This document shows positions 34,305-46,300 of a stretch of DNA of 64,000 nucleotides, piece after piece; the first letter of the stretch is position 1, and each line of letters opens with the position of its first letter. The stretch spans positions 175,398,001 through 175,462,000 of the forward strand of contig OX597815.1 of NCBI GenBank assembly GCA_951406725.2, written 5' to 3'. Origin of the DNA: Octopus vulgaris. Lineage: Eukaryota. Both the position numbers and the translations under genes were made by a program. The notes beneath the pieces are model-generated. The model was not told where the DNA came from, did not search any database, and saw nothing but the letters and a program-made list of their open reading frames with translations.

Positions 34305-37300
34305 ATGGCTGAAACAAACGGTGAAACTTTAACAGCTCTTGAACAAAAAATTATTCGACAGATTGAGGTATGCTAAACACTTACTTCATTTGGTTCCATT
34401 CTTTAACATTAAATCTGGTACAATTGTGCTGCCTGCATTTGTTGTTTAACCCCAAATTAGCCTTGATCCAATGTATTCATGACCACCCATACGAGGTTTT
34501 AGCTGCTATTTTTGTGTTCATGTGATCCACAAAGTGGTTCCCTGTTTGACCTGTCATTATTTCTGTTTATTGTGTGTTTTCTCTTTGTTTCAGTATTATT
34601 TTGGAGACATCAACCTTTCCCGAGATCGGTTTCTTCAAGAACAAATTAAGTTAGATGATGGCTGTATCCTTTTTCTCTGCTTTCCATTGTTGATGTTTTT
34701 TTTTTAATATATATTTCCATTTTACATAAAATACATTTTATCAGAACTTCAATTTATTTAGTGTTTTAACATGTTTATCTATTGCAAATTAAATACGGTT
34801 GCAGTACATCTGTGTATTAATTTTGCACTCACATTATGAAGCCTAACTTCTTGAAATTTAACTATTTTATTACATCTTGAGTCTTGGGAGGGTCATCATG
34901 CCAACAATACGAAACACAGGCACTGGTTGAATATCACTTCTTTATCCTTAGTCACCTGGTTAAATATCTAACCAGCTAACTAATCAATCATTCGTCTTAT
35001 GTGTTTGTCAAAGTCAAATTAGTCTTATTCTTGTGTATGTAGATGTGTGGTTGATTACGAGAGAAGGGAAGGGAAGGGTGAGAGTAAATGAAGAGTATGT
35101 GTGTGTGTGTGCGCACCTTGGTCATCTGTGACCTCTTTAATAGCCTTTTTGGCCTTCTTGTTAGAGGTCAGATCTGCTCAGATTCGCTTGTCATCCTGTA
35201 TAGATTTATGAGGGTAGTTCATTATGTGAGGAAGGGGAGGACAGAATGTGTGTGTAAGTGAATATGTTTGTGTGTTTGCATGTGTTGTAGCTGTTTTTGT
35301 TTTTGAATAGGTAAGCATCTGTGTGTCTGTTCTTGTGTGCATGTATGTGTGTTTATGCATGCTTTCATGTGCATGGTTGTGTATTGGAATTGTTCTTAAT
35401 TACATGTATTTATGAACAATTTCAATACACAGCCATGTGTATCCACATGCACACACACAAACTGGCATGCACGGGCACACTCACAGACATCCACACTGAC
35501 ACTTAACCCAGCTACACCACACACACTCCCTCTTCACTCTCACCTTTCTCTTGTAAGCAACCACACATCTACATACACAGGAATAAAACTAATTCTCAGA
35601 CAGACTCAAGCCAGACCTTGAAGCGAGATGGCGTTTAATTGATATAGTCAGTGATTGTAAGAAAGGTCCTTTGCATGCATTGCTTTTGTCATTCCCTTAA
35701 CTCCATTAGCTTTGGAATAATTACATAACACATCTATGAAGCCAATACTCTTTATTCTCCTGGCACTCTTGATCCAGTAGTTTCATTGCACATATGACAC
35801 TAATGTACATCATAACTTCATATAATGGATTTTCTCTTATGAGCTTTAGGTTTAACTTACTTTAACCCTTAGCACAACTGTTGATATTAATTTCTTATCC
35901 CCTTTGCTTTTCCAAGCTGGTATACGTTTGACAATATTTGCCAAGGACAGTAGTGTGATGAAATTAGCTGAACACGTGTGTTACTTTTTGGTTTATTATA
36001 TCAGACTGTTTCTGCTTTTTACTGCTGTTCATTGTATATTGTTGTTCTCCTTCACCAACATTTTAAACAAGGGGTTTCAATGGAAATCATGCTAAAATTT
36101 AATCGACTGAAATCTCTCAGTGAAGATGCTCAAGTGATATGTGATACTATAAAGAAATCAAAATCTGGTTTAATGGAGGTTAGCTTTAAACTTTTATACA
36201 TCATTTTATTAAATATTTTTGTAATTATTGTAAATGCTATTTGTGACTTATAGAATCTTCTAATGTATGTGCCTGTTTTTGACCATCACAAGTTTGAGGG
36301 ATAACAAACATTTAAATTACAACATTTCTGTCTTCTGGAAATTCTAAATCATAAATGTGGCAATAGTCAGAAAATCCTCAAAATATTTTGAAATCAAATC
36401 TGTAAGAATTAGTCTCCCAACACAACTTGTATCTTCTATCTCTGTTCCTTTGAGTTTAGAAATGCTCATTATATTTATATTTTTATACCTGTAATTTGTC
36501 ATAATTCACGTGAATTCTTTTTTGGATTATTTGAAGTTATAGTCTTTCTTATTTTCTAACCCTTTTTTAGGTCAATGAAGATAGCACAAAGATCCGTCGT
36601 TCAACTGCAAAGCCATTGCCAGAGAACACACGGGAAAGAAGGGAAGAAATGAGCAATCGAACACTTTATGTGGTATAGTTTTCTTTTCTTTGTATTGTTA
36701 ATTTGACTATTTGTTTATTGTTTTGGATCTCCAGGTTCTACTTGATTTTGTGTGTGCATCTACCTTTTTGTTTATTCAAAAAGACAAAATCTTCAATTTG
36801 TTAAAGCAAAGTTCACAGTTGGTGATCATAAGTTTCAAAGCTTTCTATGATGTTGACTTAGCATCTATCTTCAGTTTGGTTGCATAGATTATGCAGGATA
36901 TGTCTTTGTCTCAACAGTTTTGTAGTTTTGCTATTTTAATTGAAGGCTTGCATGCTAACTCCTGTTTTTTGTTGAAAATTGAAGATAAAGCTATTTTAAG
37001 GTCATTGTTTTAACACTGAATCACCATCATTTAACATCCATTTTCCATGCTGGCATGAGTTGGATGGTTTGACAGGAGCTGGCAAGCCAGAGGATTGCGC
37101 CAAGCTCCAATTGTCTGTTTTGGCATGGTTCAATGGTTGGATGCCCCTCCTAATGCCAACCACTTTACAGATTGTACTGAGTGCTTTTAAGGGGCACTAG
37201 CACCAGCACAGGTTAAGAATAATGTGATGTTTAGTTGTTGGCAAAAGAATAACCTGAACTGGATATATTTGTATGTTTGATTCAGTTTTGTGATTAAAAA

Positions 37301-40300
37301 AAAAAACAGAAAGGAAGATTTTTCTTTGAACTAATTTTGTGTTTTGTTCTTTATTTTTTACAGAAAGGCTTCCCAGATGATGTAAGCCTTGATGATCTGA
37401 TGACTTTTTTTGCAAAATTTGGTGAACTTGAGAATCTAGTAATGAAGAAAAATGGAAGTAAAAAATTTACTGTAAGTGTGTTCAGATTTTTAATATTTCA
37501 ACGCATTTTAAGGCAGTGAGCTGGCAGAATGGTTAACATGCTGGACAAATTGCTTAGCAGCAATTCGTCTGTCTTGACATTCTAAGTTAAAATTCTGCCA
37601 AGGGTTGACTTTACCATTCATCCTTTCAGGGTTGATAAAATAAGTACCAGTTGAGCACTGGGCCTGAGATAGTCGACTTGCTGGCCTTGTGCCAAAATTT
37701 GAAACCATTATTTCAGTGCATTTCATTGAGATTTCTCTTTTAATTATTTTTTGCCTTGGTTAACTTATGAAACGGTGGCTTTCACTTGAGATGGGTTGAA
37801 TCAGCTTTGACTGAGCTCACCATGTCCTTCACGCATGTTGATCACATCTGACAGTCAGATGCAGTTGATGTTGTAGTGGGTACCCTCTCCTTGAGTTAAT
37901 TTGTATGAAAATTTGCATAAAAATCTGGTATAGTTCCAGTTCTTTACAAAGTAAATGGGTCTGTTTGGGAGAAATCTATGAAGAATAGTATTCTAAAAAA
38001 TAACATGGACAGTATAGTTGATTTGAAAATAATAATGAAATAAATCCTGGTAAATCATCATCATCCTCATCATTTCACAGCTGTTTCCCATGTTGGCATG
38101 GGTCAGATGGTTTGACTGGAGCTGGTAAGGCAAGGGGCTGTGCCAGGCTCCAGTTGTCTGTTTTGGTATGGTTTCTATGGCTGGATCCTCTTCCTAATGC
38201 CAACCACTTGACCAAGTGTACTGGGTGCTTTTTGTATGGCACCAGCACAGGCGTGTTTTACGTAGCACGCACCATTTGGAGTTGCCTAGTAGCTTGCAAG
38301 ACAAAGACCTTTTAGTTAAGAGAGGAGGTGGCCGTGTGCCAGGCAAGAGGTTGTTTAGAGTACGATGGAAGGACAGAGACCCTTACTATAGAGGAGGTAC
38401 TTGGTCACCCCAGTAGGACAAAGAAGGTGAGAGAGAGAGAAATAGGCTGTGTTGGAGATGTATTGGAGCCTATCCACAGGGAACAGTGCATGGGGTGGGA
38501 GTTTAAATAGTACAAAGAAAGGGATGGATGTTAGGGGGAGATGTTTAGAGATAGGGAAGACGATTTGATTTGTAACAGCCCCAATTTTCTGTCAACTCAT
38601 TTCAATATACTTTACATGCACCTTCAGTCATAGGTTTTTTCGTGCTGCTTTGAATTTAGTTATGGTCTTGGAGAAACATGAAATTACTGTTTCCTCTTTT
38701 GAGGGATTGGAATGGTATGCATAAGTTAATGCCAGAATTTTTATTGGTATATTTTATTGACCTGTGAAAGGGTGAAAGGCAAGCAATAGTTATCTTTCAG
38801 GATTTGAACATTGGAGTCTGTACAGTTTTGTACATTGTACCTATTTTCTTGTCATTGTCCCACACATGCCAGCATGGAAGGAGGACATTCAATGATGATG
38901 ATGATGACAGCCTATTTTCTTGTCATTATTTAATGTCGCTTGTGGTATCTCTTCTGGTTTTATATTGTGAGTTCAAATCCCACCATGGTTGACTTTGTCT
39001 CTCCTCCTTTTGGGGGTTGATGAAATAAGGACCATTTCAACACTGAGGCTGATGCAATGGACTTGCCTCCTTCCCCAATATTTCAGGCATTGTGCTTCTA
39101 ATAGAAAAGATTATCTAATCCACTGTTTTTCTGAAATGTAATGTTTCAGAGATCGTGGGACATGTTGCCATGTTTTGTTCAAATGCATTGTTTTCTATTC
39201 AGCTGCATATGTTTGAAGTAAACGCTTTTATAGCTGATTTTTCTTTCTAACCATTTATCTTTGAAGTGGAATTGGGGTCCATTTCAGTTTGTCAGTGGCA
39301 AGCAAGTAAGTGTACCTTCTTTAGAGTGCAAAATAACTGAGATTTTTATTATCTTGGCTAATCTCTACACACTTGTAGGCTGACTCTGAACTCTTAATAA
39401 CTTATAAAAATGTACCATTATTGACTCAGTAGCTACGTAAATTTGTTTGCTAAATACAACTTGAATGAAAATCCAGCTTGTGTTTTGCTTGATTGTAGAA
39501 TTTAGTAAAATCAAAGAAAAACTAATTTACATAATTTATAGTGACTTTGGAATGGTTTCACAGTGTTTCAGTGTGAAACGTTTAGATGGTTAAATAGAAC
39601 TGGTGTACACAAAATTTGATTTGCTTGTTAAGTTAATAAACAGAATTTGGAGGCAGCTTTGTTGCTAATGTTTTTCAATTTTATGACATGCAAAAAATAA
39701 AAGGCATTTGATTTTCTTTTTGCTGTTATTTGAATAACTAGGTATGTACATTGTATTTTATAGGGTTCTGCTTTTGTTGTCTTTTTGGAAAAAGATAAAC
39801 TGGAAGAATTTTTAAAGGCTGAAGATGTCAAATATGGAGAAAATGAAATAATTAAATATCGCAAGTGAGTAATATTGTAATTTTTGGGGTAGGTTTAGAG
39901 TTGAAATTTTTTTGTAAATCTAGTTTTGTGTTCTTCTTTCTCCAGTTCTGTGATAATTCTTGTAAAAACATTGTAAATCATTTTACCTAGTACTATTATT
40001 CATAATTGATGACTGGCATCTGTGCTAGTGGAGCGCTAATAGCACCATCCGAGTGTGATCGTTGCCAGTGCCTCTGGACTGGCTCCTGTGCAGGTGGCAC
40101 GTAAAAACACCTTTTGAGCGCTGTCATTGCCAGTACCGGTGGCACGTAAAAGCACCCACTACACTCTTAGAGTGGTTGGCATTAGGAAGGACATCCAGCT
40201 GTAGAAACTCTGCCGGATCAAGATTGGAGCCTGGTGCAGCCTCTGGTTTGCCAGTCCTCATTCAAATCGTCCAACCCATGCTAGCATGGAAAGCGGACGT

Positions 40301-43300
40301 TGAACAATGATGATGATGCTATTATTTAGCTTTAAATGTTTGCTCCCAAAATTTTCAAAGAAAATATTTTAACTCAGCTTTATAGTCAATATTTTGGTGA
40401 TATTGTGTGTGGGGAAATGGCAAAAAAATGCGTTTGTTAGCTCTAATTTGAATCATCATCATTTAACGTCTGTTTTCCATGCTGGCATGGGTTGGACGGT
40501 TTGATAGAAGCTGGCAAGCTGTACAAGGCTCCAATTGTCTGTTTTGGTATGGTTTCTATAGCTTGATGCCCTTACTAATGCCAACCACTTTAGAGTGTAC
40601 TGGGTGTGTTTTATGTGACACCAGCACTGGTGCTTTTTACATGGCATTGGCACCTACAGGGTCACTGAACCACTTGCAAGACAAAACTCCTTGGCTGGGA
40701 ATGGTATCAAAGGATGGGGATGGCTTTGTGCCTGTTGAGGGATTAGAAATAAAAAGGGATGAAGATAGGTAGCTTACTGTAAAGACATGGCTATCCCAGT
40801 TGCAAGAGGAAGGAGAATAAGTTAGAAAGTATATGCCTTAAGCACAAAAGGTAAGCTCTTTGTTGCCAACAGGTAATATGGTTTCATGCAGTTATCCCTG
40901 TTACAAATAAAATCATCTTTTGGCTGACTAAAAATATTTCTTGTGTTTAGCAAGCCATTGAAGAGTTCATGGTGGTTCTTGCCTGCTAGCTATTTTTTTT
41001 AAGCATATCATCAAGGGTCTTTGTCAGCCTGCCAGAAATCCTCTACACTTTTTGTGTATCCATTGCTTGACCTAACTACACATTAAATGCCTGCTTACCT
41101 CCTTTCTACATCATTCAGAGATTTTTCTGCGTTCCTTAACCATTTCTGAACTTGTAGTTTTTGTGAAATAAAGATGAAAATAAAACTGCTTGTAGATTGC
41201 ACTTTGAAATGGTATGAATAAACCTTTGCATTTATAATAACCAATGCATATTTTATTTTATGAGAAATTTTGGCAATTCACTAGGAGATCCATTGATAGA
41301 CTTTCTCTGACAAGCAGTTTATTATTTATGGAGATTGGACTTCAATTTTAATATTTAAAAATTTCTTTTGAAGCTCTGGTCAATTGTAGCAGTCTTTTAG
41401 AAATATAAATTGTAATTTGTCTTGATGTTTCCTACTTTAGAATAATACTCGAATGCTTTAATGGAATCAGAAGTGGTCTTTGAGGGTTGTGTTTGAAACG
41501 GTTAAATGATTTCATTTGTTCTCTCTTTTAATATTCAATTTGGAATACAGAGAAGCAGATGTAGATAATTTTGGTTTTTATTCATATTTATTATCACTTT
41601 CTTTAGTAGAAATATTTCTCTCTTTTCAGGGATGAATATTATAAAAGAAAAAATGAAAAGAGGAGACAGCATAAGGAACAGCTCATGAAAGAGAAGCAAG
41701 AGTGAGTTGTAGTTTTCATATTAAAAAACAGATTTTCTGTTTTCATTCATAAATTGTAATTTGTCTTGATGTGTATAGGAATTTGAAGAAAAGCTTCTAT
41801 GATAGCGAAAGCATTAAACTTCCCTGTTTTTATATTCAATTTCCAACTTGGTTTGCATGGAGAAACAAACATAACACAAATGATAATTTAATACTTTCAT
41901 TTTAATGCTTTCCCCTTTTACTCATGTACTTATTTTCATTTTGTAGGCAACATTTAAAGAAAATGGAAGAGGTAGGTTTGCTTTTTCTTACATTGTCAAG
42001 TAATAAAAAAAAAAAAACTTTGATTGGGAATATAAGATTGTAACAAGACAAAAGAGTTAACATTGTGAAAGGCCAACAAAAGGGATATATAGCTATTTTG
42101 AAGGGTTTTTTAATCCCATTTTTCTGTTACTTCAGTTACATTGGAATCTTCCAATTGCTAATCTTGCTGTTAATCAGACAAGGCCTATATATATATCCTG
42201 ATATAGCTTGTAAATGTTATTCAGTTTGTATTCTTGTATTGCTCAATAACAAAATTAGAATATTTTGTGAAAAAAAAATTTTTTTAAATCAGTTAAAACA
42301 ATATTGCCCTATCAATATACAAATATTTAAATTTCACAAAAACTTTCCAAACCTTCAAGAATTTTTTTTTCCTCCATTTCATCACTTAATATTGTTGAAG
42401 GTGTGGCAGAGAAATGGCACACTCCTCTGTTGCCATGTTGATGCAGTTTCCTGTTGCGTCTTTGGCTCAAAAGAATTCTGCCATGCAAGTAATGAGATAT
42501 TTATTCCAGTCAGCTGGATTTCCTGCTGACGTCTGCTCCTGATTATATTGTCTTGGTTGTAAAGATAAGTCTGGATATAATGACAGTGTATGAATATCCA
42601 TTAAATTTAATCAGTTGTGTTTCTCACTTTGAAGGAATGATAAATGGAAATAAATTTTCTTTTGTGTTTCAGAAAGAAAAAATAGCAATTGTTCCTGGAT
42701 CAGTTCTCCATTTGTCAGGTTTTACACAGGATTTAGACAGAGAAGACATTAGAACTTTCTTCTCTGATTTTGCTGCTGTAGCCTGGGTTGACTACAATAA
42801 AGGTGACAAAGAGGTTGGTTTTGTTTTGTGATTCTTCAATTGAAAAATAGTTTGTTGATAGCTGGAAAAATTCAACCAAAGATCTTGTCTTTTCCTAAGA
42901 TTTATACCTTGCATGTTAATATTATGAACATTCTTGCCACGTTCTGATGTCGAGTACCTAATGCTAATAAGGGTCCTGTTAGTGTTTGATTTTTCTTTAC
43001 AACATTGAATGTTCACCATTCCACTTTCATTGCATACACACATGCAAACATGACTCCGTTTTATATATATACTCACGCAGAGTTGAAACGCTGTTTGATT
43101 TTTTTTTCACAATAGAACTTCTGTCATTCCACTAACAAGTTTGCCATAACCCCTTCCTTTTTCGTAGAGCATGACCTCCAAACATTGGGCCTCACAGGGG
43201 CAATGACAAGAGACCGAGACCTCTGGAGATATGCCGTGATTGAGAAGACCCTGCAAGTAAAGTGAGATCACAGCCGTAGCCTACTCCAGTGTCACATAAC

Positions 43301-46300
43301 CAACCCATTTCAAAAGTACCTTTGAATCATCAGGCAACATTTTGTGCTTGAGGAGACCTATTGAATCAAGTAATATCAAAATCACAATCTCAATTGAATC
43401 GAAATCAAGAATGGAAATTGTAGTTGTGACCGATGCCAGTGCTGCCTGACTGGCCCCCTGTACCGGTGGCATGTAAAAAGCACCACCTAAGCATGGTCGA
43501 TGCCAGCCAGTCCCCCCCCCCCCCCTTCTTGACTGGCTTGTGCCTGAAGCATGTAAAAAGCACTGTCCAGATATGGCCGATGCCAGTGCCACCAGACTGG
43601 CTCCCTGTGCCAGTGGCATGTAAAAAGCACTCACTACACTCTTGGAGTGGTTGGCATTAGGAAGGGCATCCAGCTGTAGAAACCTTGCCAGATCAGACTG
43701 GAGCCTGGTGCAACCTCTTGGCTTGCCAGACCCTAGTCGAACCATCCAACCCATGTCACTGTGGAAAACGGATGTTAAATGATGATGATGATGTGATGGA
43801 GAAATACACAAGAGTATTGTTATAGTAGAAGATATGGATGGTAAATCTTTATATATAAAAGTTGAGGTTGTGTGCTGTCTGTCTTCTATGATTTAGATTC
43901 CTAACTACTCCCACATTTTGCGGTGCAGTTTAACCAAAACCGGGTATCTTATAGTCGTGATTCATATCGAACCCTTCTGGGTATTAGCGCGCGTCTACGA
44001 TTTAAAAAAAAATTTACCATCAATTTTTCCCATTTTTAATGCATTTTTGGCATTTTTGGGAAGTAACTCTCTAAAAATTTATTATTAAATCTCAGAACGT
44101 AAAAAGCTACAGTAACCCCCTCTTTGTAGTTAGCCATATTGAGATGGCTATTATACTTTACATCTCTAAAAATGCTTATATAGTTATTTCCCTTACAAAC
44201 CCGAGCAACGCCGGGCGATACTGCTAGTCAGATTAATAAACTTGTCGATGTTCACATTCATTCACATACTTCCCTTGTACACACAGAGTTGAAATGCTGT
44301 TTGATTTTTCTTTTCAGTGTTGAACATTTACCATCCCACTTCCATTGCACACACACAAGCATTCATATACCTCCCTTTTACATACACACTCAAATATACT
44401 CACACAGTTGAAACGCTGATTAAAAAATTTTTTTTTACCATTTCCTTTGTTATTCATCTATCACCCCTTCCTTTCTCATCCATGTGTTGTGACAGAGAAA
44501 AACAGAAGATATACGATGTGCTCTTTGCCAGTTCCTCTCTCTCATTGCCATTACTTTCTCTCACTCTGTCAAGGCTGTTACTCTCACTATTTCTCCTTCA
44601 CTGAATTACTATTTTCTCTCCTCTCCTTTCACTTATACTACTCTTTCTCCTACTGTCCCCAGCGTGATTTTGGACAAATATATAAAAATACTACACTCAT
44701 TATTATATTAGGAGATGGCATGCAATAATACTTTTTATTTGTGACAACCAAAATGCCTCCCATCCAATGGACGGTGCTGAATTGTCAAACATTTAAACCA
44801 AATTTTCTCAAAACTACTTGTTTGACTGTTCCATTTTTTGGCATTATTTCAAGCCAGCCGGCTTTTTTGCGCAATCTGCTTGTGCATTTTTCTCGCGTAC
44901 AAATGCACGTTCCCACGGCTTTATCGATCGCATTCTCACCTGGAATCGATTTTTGTAATTTTTTTAAGACTTATACATGTCCTGATACCATCGAAAGTTG
45001 AGCGCAATCGGATGGAGGATGCCCAAGATCCTAGAAGACACACGCAGACAGACAGAAAGGATTTTATATAATAGATGTTACGTCATGCTAAGAGAGATTA
45101 CTCTGGTCTTAAGAGTTATCTCCTCATTTGTATTTCGTCAGAAAGAAAAAAATCAAATAATAGCTAAAAATACGAATGCAGTAGACTTCTGAAGTAAAAA
45201 GAATGTAATGAGATAACTTTATTTAAAATCCTTATGGTTTTCATTGATTTGTTGTAAAGTTATGTGACTGAAACACAGAGCAATGATTGTAGTCACAATC
45301 CATGATGTTGAATTTGTAGTTTTCTAAGCAGTTTTAACAAGATGTTATCATATGAAGAAAGAGTAGCAACGTGTGAGTAAATAATTTTAGGTAAATCATT
45401 GGTGACAGCCTGTTAATGGGTTAAATCTACAATGAAACAGGAATTTTGATTCAAGTACTGAATAATTTTTAGAAATTTCTTTTCAGAGTTTTATTTGGCA
45501 GGGGAATCAGTTTTTTTTTCCTTTTTCTTTTTTAAGTCACTTAAAAAATATTTTGTTTATGAAAATGTTTACAATTTGCAAGACTATTAACATAATAAAT
45601 GAAAGACAAAAATTTCTTGATTTGTTCCACTAAGGCCTGGGTCCGTTTCTTTGAAGAAAATCAAGCTAAAGTGGTTCTCGAGAAAACCAAAGATTCTGAC
45701 AGTGAAGACATAAAGCTAAAAGAGAATGTCTTGAAGGGTGATGTTCTTGAAGGTATGTCATCTCTGTACTTTTTGAGTGAGTGTGTGAGATGTATTGGTT
45801 TTGTTATTGTCCTAGTAATGCATGTGCAATTGTAGAAGTCCTTCCAGCCGTCCACAATCTGCTGCTCACCTCAACCATACAAAATAAACATCAGTGGCTT
45901 TTATTCTTGGACGGTTAGAAGAACATTGCTGAGCAAAATGCGATTCAGTTAAATAATTGTGTTTTGTAACAGTGAAACTCAAAGCAAATAAAGTCATAAA
46001 TGATAGAATGTAACCATCCAAATGGCTTTGAATCCAGTATTTATGTGCTATTATTTATAGCTTTATAAAGGCAGCCAGCTGGCAGAATCATGAGCTCACT
46101 TGACAAACTACCTAGAAGTATTTTGTCTGTGTTTATGTTCTGAGTTCAAATTCCACCAAGGCCAGGTTTGCCTTCCATCCATTTAGGGTCACTGAAATAA
46201 GGACGAGTTGAACCCTGGGCTTGATGTAATCGACTTAATCTCACCCCCAAATTACAAGCCTTGTGCTTAGAGCAGAAGAAAATTATAGCTTTATCTCCTT

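Noticed and set aside
35955-36015. Canonical C/D snoRNA
   Set aside because: Box C is present but there is no terminal CUGA box D next to the stem; kept only as a weak structural finding.
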